Shown: positions 37,311 through 45,592, counted from the stretch's first letter. The stretch: DNA of 64,000 nt from Clostridia bacterium (GCA_026415435.1 JAOAHC010000020.1:15940-79939), one strand, 5' to 3'. The notes: generated by a model from the letters alone, not told the origin. Translations and numbers: made by a program.

Positions 37311-37877
37311 CTACCCCCCTGATAAATTAAAGTATAATTCTCTTATATTTTCATCAATATCCGTTTCATTATTATTAAAATAAATAACATTTTCTAATAA
37401 AGCACCAAACTCTTGTAAAAATTTGTTTTTAGTATCAGTATCATCTAATACCTTATCCAATATTGATTTACCTCTTTCGGTGATTCTAGATTGTCTTAAT
37501 TCCTCCTCCACAGATACAAAAATTGTAAGATCCGGTTTTAAAATTTCATGCCCCATTATATTGTAATCTAAATTTACATTTAGTCCCGCGACTCTGTGTG
37601 AAACAACAGTATCTATTAAATACCTTACACAATATACATTATTATTTTTATAATCAAAATTATTTTTTATATAATCTGACATGTATACCACTGAAGACAA
37701 ATAATATAAATAATGGGCCATTTGCGAACATTTTCTAACATCTTTATCGATTAAATCCCGACTAGAATATTCTAAACTAGGTGTTTTTACTAATATTGAG
37801 TTTTCATCCATTTTGTGTAACTTCTCTGCTATTGTACTTGTTCCCGATCCATCCAATCCTGTTATAACAGTAAGCAT
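37311..37877 (-). CDS. Thymidylate/dNMP-kinase-like P-loop protein with a non-canonical Walker A (GLDGSGTST)
   Basis: MLTVITGLDGSGTSTIAEKL..., PDLTIFVSVEEELRQSRITERG (a Tmk-like strand plus lid Arg). Start set at the ATG at 37877, preceded by AAAGGAGGAGA (the track lists an upstream start at 37931). Confidence 0.6.
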   Translation of the reverse strand: MLTVITGLDGSGTSTIAEKLHKMDENSILVKTPSLEYSSRDLIDKDVRKCSQMAHYLYYLSSVVYMSDYIKNNFDYKNNNVYCVRYLIDTVVSHRVAGLNVNLDYNIMGHEILKPDLTIFVSVEEELRQSRITERGKSILDKVLDDTDTKNKFLQEFGALLENVIYFNNNETDIDENIRELYFNLSGG

Positions 37878-37990
37878 ACAGCTCTCCTCCTTTTTAAATT
37901 TAAATAAGATAATCAACAACATGATGTACATTATATACTGATTTCTTTGCGATATTTGTCGAATTATAAATTTGTGTGTAAAATAATAAC

Positions 37991-39574
37991 TTAAGAATTA
38001 ATTATTTTGTCAATATTTATCCTAAGATGAACCTCTATACTTTTATCCTTATAAACATATATTTTATCTACTAATAAAATTAACAAATATCTGTCTATTT
38101 CTCCTCTATCTATTATGCTATTTAATATATCTAATACTGTTTTTTTTGAATCATTTGCTACTTTAACATTGTTTTTCTTAATGTTTAGTATGTTATTTTC
38201 TATATTAATTAAATTTTGTTTTTTATTCATTTCTAACTCTTCATATACATTTTCAATTAATTGTTTTTCTTGTATTAATTTTTGCTTTGATAAATCTTTT
38301 ATTTTTTGATTAATTAAAATTTTAAGTTCATTCTTTAAAAGATTTTTTCTTTTAATTAAATCTAATATATATTTGTCTTCATTATTTGTTTTTTCATCAA
38401 TTATTAAAATATTACTTAAAATATCAATATAATGTTGTTTAAAAACTTTAATAAATTCAACTAATTGTATTTTTATATAGTTTTCATGTATTTCTCCGCA
38501 AGAACATCTTGAAGATCCATATTTTATATAGTTAATACATGAATACCCTACTATTTTTATATTTTTAGCTCTTTTTATTTTTCTCCCTGACATACAAGAT
38601 CCACATTCCCCACATCGTATTAATCCACTAAATAAATATTCTGTTTTATTCTTATTATCATTATATATTTTTTTATTTTTACTATCTCTTAACTTTTTAG
38701 CTAACAAAAAATCATCTATAGATATAATTTGTTCATGGTGATTTTCAAATCTATAATTTTGCTCTTTTGGAAGTAGCTTTGAACGTCCTCTTATTGATTG
38801 AACTGCTTTTTTATGAGTAATTAAAGTACCAGTATATATTTCATTATCTATTATTTGTTTTATCATATATGTACACCATGTTGGTTGTATTTTATGTTTA
38901 TATATTTTTCCTTCTTGTTCAAATTTTTGGCTATAATATAAAGATGGAGTCGGATAACCTTTTTCATTTAACATTTTACAAATTTGAACGTATCCAAATC
39001 CTTCCTTAATGTACAATTCAAATATGTACTTTATTATATGTTTTACTTCATCATCAACAATAAGTTTAGTTTTATCTTTTGGATCCTTAATATATCCAAA
39101 ATATTTTCCCATTATGAGCCTACCAGATTTTTGTCTACTATGCATACTTGATTTGACTTTACGTGATATGTCCTTTACATACTTTTCATTGTACCAAGTA
39201 GTTATACCTATAGTATCATTTTGATCTGCTTGAAGATTGTATATTCCACCCGAATCATGTAAAACTATTAGATTTTTCCCACTTTCTTTTAAATCATCTA
39301 GAAATACTAGAGTTCTGCCGTTATTTCTTCCTACTCTTGACATGTCCTTAACAACAATTGTATCTACTAATCCAGTTTCAATATCTTCTAACATTTCATT
39401 CCATGCCGGTCTATCAAACTTATACCCTGAAACATTGTCATCAATGTAAAATTTTCTTACATTTAAATTCTGAGAATTAGCATATTCTAATATCATATTT
39501 TTTTGCTCTTCTATGCTAGAAAAATTATCTAAATTATCATCTCTGCTTAATCTACAATAACCTACCAAATTCAT
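37991..39574 (-). CDS. Large serine recombinase (resolvase domain, recombinase domain, zinc ribbon, coiled coil)
   Basis: MNLVGYCRLSRDD (catalytic Ser), DDNVSGYKFDRPAW, VVKDMSRVGRN, Zn ribbon CGECGSCM...YSCINY...SRCSC, and a Lys/Glu-rich coiled coil. Confidence 0.9.
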   Translation of the reverse strand: MNLVGYCRLSRDDNLDNFSSIEEQKNMILEYANSQNLNVRKFYIDDNVSGYKFDRPAWNEMLEDIETGLVDTIVVKDMSRVGRNNGRTLVFLDDLKESGKNLIVLHDSGGIYNLQADQNDTIGITTWYNEKYVKDISRKVKSSMHSRQKSGRLIMGKYFGYIKDPKDKTKLIVDDEVKHIIKYIFELYIKEGFGYVQICKMLNEKGYPTPSLYYSQKFEQEGKIYKHKIQPTWCTYMIKQIIDNEIYTGTLITHKKAVQSIRGRSKLLPKEQNYRFENHHEQIISIDDFLLAKKLRDSKNKKIYNDNKNKTEYLFSGLIRCGECGSCMSGRKIKRAKNIKIVGYSCINYIKYGSSRCSCGEIHENYIKIQLVEFIKVFKQHYIDILSNILIIDEKTNNEDKYILDLIKRKNLLKNELKILINQKIKDLSKQKLIQEKQLIENVYEELEMNKKQNLINIENNILNIKKNNVKVANDSKKTVLDILNSIIDRGEIDRYLLILLVDKIYVYKDKSIEVHLRINIDKIINS

Positions 39575-39774
39575 TTAATATTAATCTCTCTTTCTAATAA
39601 GGTGGTCATATTCTTTTTAGCATCTTCCCTACCACTTATAAATAAGGTTATTTTTCCATATTTTAGTTTAATTTTTTCCACATTTTCCACTATTTTAAAG
39701 TTTTTTAACTCATCACTAATTAAAAAAACTTGCACTAATTTATCTTTATTATGTTTAAAAACTTTAACTTTCAT
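39571..39774 (-). CDS. Hypothetical 67-aa protein translationally coupled to the recombinase (possible directionality factor)
   Basis: AGGTGA RBS. Its stop overlaps the recombinase ATG (ATGA). No motif recognised. Confidence 0.45.
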   Translation of the reverse strand: MKVKVFKHNKDKLVQVFLISDELKNFKIVENVEKIKLKYGKITLFISGREDAKKNMTTLLEREINIK

Positions 39775-39884
39775 AAGTTAAATCACCTAATAAATAACTA
39801 TGATATAATTAAGTTTTTATACATGTTTAAGGAACCCAATATATATTCACTCTACAGATATATGAAATGGGATATAACCGTATA

Positions 39885-39927
39885 AAAAAGATTATATTAT
39901 AAATAATTTTTAATATAATCTTTTTTT
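39885..39927 (-). terminator. Terminator between the 275-aa gene and the recombinase operon
   Basis: AAAAAAGATTATATTA ... TAATATAATCTTTTTT, flanked by A/T runs. Confidence 0.6.
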
Positions 39928-39968
39928 CTTTTTATTTGCATATAAAGAAATTAATCAAAATTTAAGTA

Positions 39969-40796
39969 CTAAAATAAATTTACAATAAATTTTACAACAA
40001 CATCTCCTATAATTCCCCAAAATAAAATACCCATGAACGGTAATATAATAAATTTCACCCACCATTTATTGGTAAACATTTCTAGAAATCCATATGGGGT
40101 AAATCCGTATAAATCTTTCCAATTGGAATTTGTTTTTAAAGTATTCTCGTGTGCCCTTTCAATTATATTTGCAATACAATCTACTTTTCTCAAAGTAGAC
40201 CTATGTAACTTAATATATTCGTGATTTTCAAAAGCATCCGCTTCCTCCTGCCCATTAAGAAAATCTTTATTACTTATATTATTTTTCTTTATTAGACTTT
40301 CAAATCTAGGATGGTTTATATAGTTCACACCATATTTTGCTATTAGAATACGTGCTAAATCTATTTTATTTTCATCTTCAAGTGTATATATTTCATAATC
40401 TATCCTTTTACCTCTATTTAAAACTCTATATCTGAATAGTATTGCATCAAATCCATAATGTACATCTCTCATGTTCAAATGTATCCATATATACTTTCTA
40501 TTCTTTTTTAAAAATTCTAAGAATTCTTGTAACATTTCTCTTTCAAGTTCATCATAGTGATTTATTATTTCCTCAAGTTTTATTCCTTTCAATTCAGCCT
40601 GCATGTGTATTGAAAAAGATTTTGTTTGACCAGTTTTCAAAAAACGCACAGCTATACATGTTATTCTTGAAGATTTACTACCCATATCTTTATAGAAGCT
40701 CTCACATGAATAGTGAATTATCAAATACTTATCCTCATTTTGAAATATCTCCTCTAAAACTTTAATTGTATTCTTATGTTTTTTTAATCTCTTCAT
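39969..40796 (-). CDS. Hypothetical 275-aa protein with a C-terminal TM anchor (element-borne)
   Basis: C-terminal WWVKFIILPFMGILFWGIIGDVVVKFIVNLF. The N-terminal domain has faint DnaQ-like spacing (IIHYSCESF ... WIHLNMRDVHYGFDAI), not enough for a call. Confidence 0.45.
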   Translation of the reverse strand: MKRLKKHKNTIKVLEEIFQNEDKYLIIHYSCESFYKDMGSKSSRITCIAVRFLKTGQTKSFSIHMQAELKGIKLEEIINHYDELEREMLQEFLEFLKKNRKYIWIHLNMRDVHYGFDAILFRYRVLNRGKRIDYEIYTLEDENKIDLARILIAKYGVNYINHPRFESLIKKNNISNKDFLNGQEEADAFENHEYIKLHRSTLRKVDCIANIIERAHENTLKTNSNWKDLYGFTPYGFLEMFTNKWWVKFIILPFMGILFWGIIGDVVVKFIVNLF

Positions 40797-40885
40797 ATTT
40801 TACCTCACAGAATAATTAATTATACCATAATTTGTCATATTTTTCAATATGTACTAGCTAATTATACATTCTACAGCAACTATTC

Positions 40886-40894
40886 TACACCTGT
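40886..40894. repeat. attR core TACACCTGT
   Basis: Identical to 34603..34611 and followed by TTGCACTACTGAATTT (C-T-T-E-F). Confidence 0.75.
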
Positions 40895-41492
40895 TTGCAC
40901 TACTGAATTTATTTCTTTTGCTAAATATTATCCTGAATTTATGAGAAGAAATACATATTTACTAGGTCTATCTGTAGATAGCATACCTTCAAATCTTGCT
41001 TGGGTATACAATATATACAGAAATACTGGTATTCAAATACCTTTCCCTATAATTTCGGATAGAGATATGAAAGTTTCTAAAGCATTTTCAATGATTTCAG
41101 ATAACTCTGATAATTTTCACAATATAAGAAATGTATATATAATTGATCCTAATCAAAAAATTAGAGCTATATTGCAGTACCCCCCAACAACTGGAAGAAA
41201 TATAGCAGAAATTTTGAGAATTTTAGAGGCTTTACAATTAACTGATCAAGATAATGTAGCTACACCTGCAAACTGGTTACCAGGGCAACCTGTAATTTTA
41301 CCTTATCCTCAAACATACGACGAATTAATTGAAAGAGCTAAAAATCCTGCAGGATATAACTGTGTTGATTGGTATTTATGTTTTAAACAAGAACTCCCAA
41401 CTCAAAAAAACATGGTAAATATACCAAACTTTCCGCAAGTAGAATGTACAAATGCATATTCTTTTAATCAACCTGTTAATATGATGGTATAA
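40887..41492 (+). pseudogene. 1-Cys peroxiredoxin, 3' fragment (from ..TPVCTTEF onward)
   Basis: The frame is open from ACA CCT GTT TGC ACT ACT GAA: TPVCTTEFISFAKYYPEFMRRNTYLLGLSVDS...AWVYNI...IPFPIISDRDMKV...RNVYIIDPNQKIRAIL.YP.TTGRNI.EILRIL.ALQ...ATPANW.PG. It is in frame with the 5' fragment once 34612..40894 is removed. Confidence 0.85.
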
Positions 41493-41512
41493 ATTTTTAA
41501 GGAGGAATTTTT

Positions 41513-41707
41513 ATGGATAATAGTATGTGTAACACTGACAACAAATGTGTAAATAAAGGATTTAATTTATTTGGAGGAAATTGCACTTGTATAATAATTA
41601 TTATTGTTATATTATTTGTATTCTTCTGTTTATGTGGAAATAAAAACAAAAACTGTAATCCTAGTTGTAATGATAATAATTTTAATTGTAACTACGATAA
41701 TGTGTAA
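41513..41707 (+). CDS. Small Cys/Asn-rich membrane protein (64 aa), co-oriented just downstream of prx
   Basis: AAGGAGG RBS. MDNSMCNTDNKCVNKGFNLFGGNCTCIIIIIVILFVFFCLCGNKNKNCNPSCNDNNFNCNYDNV, with 11 Cys and one TM segment. Confidence 0.5.
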   Translation: MDNSMCNTDNKCVNKGFNLFGGNCTCIIIIIVILFVFFCLCGNKNKNCNPSCNDNNFNCNYDNV

Positions 41708-41777
41708 TAGAATACATAGCATTAATACAAATAAAAAAACAATTGAGCTTACTTATGTAAGTTCAATTGCTTTATAT

Positions 41778-44700
41778 TTATTCAAATAGATTCATGATAT
41801 CCTCTTTAGATAATTTATTAATAAATGTTTCTTCTGTGCTTAACATATTTTCTGTAAGTTTAGACTTTTTCTCTTGAAGTTCATTTATTTTTTCTTCAAT
41901 GGAATCTTTTGTTATTAATTTATATACTTGCACATTATTTTTTTGACCGATTCTGTAAGCTCTATCTGTAGCTTGATTTTCAGCAGATAAATTCCACCAT
42001 GGGTCATAATGAATAACCACATCAGCTCCAGTAAGATTTAGCCCAGTTCCACCAGCTTTAAGAGAAATCAAAAATACATCTATATTTTCATTTGTATTAA
42101 AGTCGTTTACTAGCTGCATCCTCTCCTGCACTTTCGTACTTCCAGTAAGCTTATAATAATTTATTTTTTCCTTTTTGAACTCTTTTTCTAGTATTTCAAA
42201 CATTGAAGTAAACTGTGAAAATAACAAGACTTTATGACCGCTTTCTGTTGCATCTTTTACTATTTCAATACATTGATTTAATTTGCTACTCTTTCCATTA
42301 TAATTATCAATAAATAGAGATGGATGACAGCATATTTGTCTAAGCCTAGTAAGTATAGCAAGTATTTTAATTTGACTCTTTTCAAACCCATTACTATTTA
42401 TTTCATCTTGCAGATCCTGTTTTGCCTTCATAAGATGTGAAAAATATATTCTTTTTTGTTCATCATCCATTTCATTATTTAATATAGTTATTGTTTTATC
42501 TGGCAATTCAGTTAAAACTTCTTTTTTCAATCTTCTTAATATAAATGGTTGTATCAGGGTCTTTAATCTGTCTAATTTTTCACCATCTTCTTCCTTTACT
42601 ATTGGCATTTCATAATTTGATTTGAACTTTGAATAGTTGAAAAGATATCGTGGCATAACATAATCAAAGATTGACCATAACTCTGAAAGAGAGTTTTCTA
42701 TCGGTGTACCTGTTAAAGCAAATCTTGTTTGAGCGTTTATACTTTTTAGTGCTATAGCATTTTGAGTACTACTATTTTTTATATATTGGGCTTCATCAGC
42801 AATTATATATTTAAATATATAATTTTTTTCTTTATATATGTCAATATCTCTTTTTAGTAAATCATATGAAGTCACAATTAAATCATACTTATCAATTAAA
42901 TCTATTTTTTGCTTTCTTTCCTCTAATTTTCCATTTATAACTAACGTGGATATATTTGAGCTAAACTTTTTAATTTCGTTTTCCCAATTAAGAGTAAGTG
43001 AGCTTGGACATACAACTATACTAGTCTTTTTATCTTCTTTTGAATTATTAACATAATCTGATATAATTGCAATAATTTGAAGTGTTTTTCCAAGTCCCAT
43101 ATCATCTGCAAGTATGCCTCCAAAATTATATTCATCTATTATTTTTAACCATTTATATCCTATTTTCTGATAATTTCTTAAAACATTTTCAAACTCAGTT
43201 GGTAAGATTATTTTTTCATCAAATTCTCTATCAAGAGTCTTATTTATAATATTTTTATAATTATAATTTCTTGTTATTTGAGTATTCTTAATATTATCCA
43301 ACAACTTTTCTAAATATATGCTTCTATATATAGGAACATTTATTTCTCCAGATGATAATTCTTTGTAATCTAAATCCATACCATCAACTAGATTATCTAT
43401 GAAAGCTATGTCAGAATTTTCTTCAAGTTTTAAGAAACTTCCATCCTTTAACCTATGATATTTTTTCTTTATATTATACTTTTTTAGTATATCTTTTAAT
43501 TCTGATCTATCAAAATCAAAGCCACTAAGTTCAATATTTAATAAGTTGTTTTCAATTTTTACACCTATATTACCAAGCTTTGCCTGTCTAATTTGCTTTG
43601 ACTTAAATTCATCTGAAACCATAACTTGATATTTATTTGTATACTCATTTACCCCTGAATTTAAAAAATCATATATTTTATCATCATCTTTTAAAACAAG
43701 TATGTTCTTTTGTTTATCTTGTTCAAATCCAGTCTTACTAAATGTCACATACGCTCTTTTTTCTTGAACTATATTTCTTACTATTGTTAACTCCTCAGAT
43801 TTTTCATATGGATTAAACTCTATTTCTCCATAACAAAATTTTATATTTGCTTCTATATTATGTTTTGAGTTATAATCTAAATATATTTTTACAAATAAAT
43901 CTTGAGGTATATATTTTTCAATTTCTGTATTCTTAAATTCATCTAAATTAATGTTATTTTTTATTTTTGGAACCACTAAAGAAAATAGTGATGAAAGATC
44001 ATCTTTTCTAAATGTTATTTCATTAGTTTGATTCTGACTGTATATGTCTAATATTTTTATAGTATTTTTTGAAAAACCTTCACTACATCTGTATAAATTA
44101 TTATCAACGAATAGATATGCATGGTAATCTGTTTTATACATCTCATACTTAATAGGAGTTTCATTAATTAAACCGTATTCTGTTTCATTTAATTTCTTTA
44201 TATTAAATTTTATCTCGGGTTCCCCGTCTAAAAATGTGTAGTCTTGAGTATAGTGGTATCTTTCAATTTTAACATTACTATTTACTAAAATATTAAATAA
44301 TTCATCAAAAGATATTGAATCTAACTTTATACTTGAAACTCCAAGAACTTTTTGTTGAGATCCATAATAATTATATCTGACAGTTGTATTATCATTAGCA
44401 TATTTAATAATTTTAGAATATTTTAATATAAATCTCACTAATTCTTGAGATGATTCATCAAAACTACCCATATTATGAATAAATTCTAGCTTTGATCCAT
44501 ACTTATATACTTTATTTTTTTCAACATTGTCCATAAATTCAACTAGATCTTTTATTTTATATTGTTGCTTTAATCCTACGCTAAATTCAACTTTTACTTT
44601 ATCCTCAAATCTATCAAAAATTAATTGAGGTACTACTTTTACGTTACCATTTTTAATTTCAGTATATTCATTTATTATATCTACGTTATCTTCTGAATCT

Positions 44701-45128
44701 ATATCATTAAACAAATTTAGAATTCTCAAGCTATCTTGATATTTTCTTTCCATATATATCTTGTTTAAGTCTTCGCTTGAAGTATTATTACTATTTTTTT
44801 GTGGTATTAACATGCGTTTTGCATACTCTTTATTTTCATTAAATTCTATTATAGTTGCTACTATATGTTTACAATAATAGTAATTTGTATCATAATATGG
44901 GCATGCACATTTAAAGTCTTCTATTTTGCCTTCTTCTACTAATACCAAAATATTATATGATGAGGTACTGCCCTTTACTCTAGAATATAGCTTAAAATTT
45001 AAATCATCTTTATATTCTATTTTATATATATTGACTCTTCCTTGATTAACATATGTACGTGCTCTTGATAATAAAGATAGATCCATATTATCTTCTAAAA
45101 ATTTAATTATACTATCATTAACTAACAT
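41778..45128 (-). CDS. SNF2-family helicase with an N-terminal SWIM zinc finger (YwqA/RapA-like)
   Basis: SWIM motif CACPYYDTNYYYCKHIV. SNF2 motifs LADDMGLGKT, DEAQYIKN, LTGTPIEN and QATDRAYRIGQ. I prefer the ATG at 45128 (AAGGTGG RBS) to the track's TTG at 45212. Confidence 0.85.
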   Translation of the reverse strand: MLVNDSIIKFLEDNMDLSLLSRARTYVNQGRVNIYKIEYKDDLNFKLYSRVKGSTSSYNILVLVEEGKIEDFKCACPYYDTNYYYCKHIVATIIEFNENKEYAKRMLIPQKNSNNTSSEDLNKIYMERKYQDSLRILNLFNDIDSEDNVDIINEYTEIKNGNVKVVPQLIFDRFEDKVKVEFSVGLKQQYKIKDLVEFMDNVEKNKVYKYGSKLEFIHNMGSFDESSQELVRFILKYSKIIKYANDNTTVRYNYYGSQQKVLGVSSIKLDSISFDELFNILVNSNVKIERYHYTQDYTFLDGEPEIKFNIKKLNETEYGLINETPIKYEMYKTDYHAYLFVDNNLYRCSEGFSKNTIKILDIYSQNQTNEITFRKDDLSSLFSLVVPKIKNNINLDEFKNTEIEKYIPQDLFVKIYLDYNSKHNIEANIKFCYGEIEFNPYEKSEELTIVRNIVQEKRAYVTFSKTGFEQDKQKNILVLKDDDKIYDFLNSGVNEYTNKYQVMVSDEFKSKQIRQAKLGNIGVKIENNLLNIELSGFDFDRSELKDILKKYNIKKKYHRLKDGSFLKLEENSDIAFIDNLVDGMDLDYKELSSGEINVPIYRSIYLEKLLDNIKNTQITRNYNYKNIINKTLDREFDEKIILPTEFENVLRNYQKIGYKWLKIIDEYNFGGILADDMGLGKTLQIIAIISDYVNNSKEDKKTSIVVCPSSLTLNWENEIKKFSSNISTLVINGKLEERKQKIDLIDKYDLIVTSYDLLKRDIDIYKEKNYIFKYIIADEAQYIKNSSTQNAIALKSINAQTRFALTGTPIENSLSELWSIFDYVMPRYLFNYSKFKSNYEMPIVKEEDGEKLDRLKTLIQPFILRRLKKEVLTELPDKTITILNNEMDDEQKRIYFSHLMKAKQDLQDEINSNGFEKSQIKILAILTRLRQICCHPSLFIDNYNGKSSKLNQCIEIVKDATESGHKVLLFSQFTSMFEILEKEFKKEKINYYKLTGSTKVQERMQLVNDFNTNENIDVFLISLKAGGTGLNLTGADVVIHYDPWWNLSAENQATDRAYRIGQKNNVQVYKLITKDSIEEKINELQEKKSKLTENMLSTEETFINKLSKEDIMNLFE

Positions 45129-45355
45129 ATTCGCCACCTTAAAAAACATATTACAATATAATTGGCAACACATTTTAATTTTAATTATATCATTTTTCTT
45201 TGAATATTTCAATTAAAATTTTCATTTTTTTATTATTTAGTAAATAATTGACAAAAGGTATTTTTATATACAAAATATACTTTATTTTTAAAATGTAATT
45301 TTTTAATATATTATTTTATTAGTAATTGATGTAAAATATTTGTGAAGTGAATTTC

Positions 45356-45535
45356 ATGGGTATAAAATTAGACTATAACAAGAAGAAAGTAACAGCTGGA
45401 TACAAAACAATATACTTAAGAAATGATATAATTGAGGCTATAGACAAAATAGCAGAAGAAAATAATACATCTTTTAACAATATAATTGTGAATATGGTAG
45501 AATATTGTTTAAAGGAAAATTTTAATAATAATTAA
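45356..45535 (+). CDS. Small ribbon-helix-helix-like (CopG/Arc-type) protein
   Basis: KTIYLRNDIIEAIDKIAEENNTSFNNIIVNMVEYCLKE fits a strand-helix-helix pattern. The start is uncertain (the track lists 45347). Confidence 0.35.
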   Translation: MGIKLDYNKKKVTAGYKTIYLRNDIIEAIDKIAEENNTSFNNIIVNMVEYCLKENFNNN

Positions 45536-45540
45536 ATCTA

Positions 45541-45592
45541 AAAAGCGTATTCCTAATATTATTACTTATATTAATACTAGGAATACGCTTTT
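45541..45592. terminator. Bidirectional terminator between the RHH-like gene and spo0A
   Basis: AAAAGCGTATTCCTA ... TAGGAATACGCTTTT (15-bp arms). Confidence 0.7.

Larger units (their letters stand above)
34612..40894 (-). mobile_element. ~6.3 kb integrated element with a large serine recombinase, inserted in the peroxiredoxin gene
   Basis: The prx fragments flank it in frame. It has a 9-bp shared core and imperfect inverted arms (34611-34637 TAGGAACGCTGCTGTTGAATTTATTAG versus the reverse complement of 40858-40887, TAGAATAGTTGCTGTAGAATGTATAATTAG). It contains a recombinase gene, and all seven of its genes are antisense to prx. Confidence 0.8.

Noticed and set aside
41778-45212. SNF2/SWIM helicase as part of a defence system (Zorya/DISARM/BREX-like)
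   Set aside because: It stands alone, with no methyltransferase, ZorABC, Drm or PglZ-type partners on either side. The architecture matches the widespread housekeeping YwqA/RapA-like Firmicute protein.
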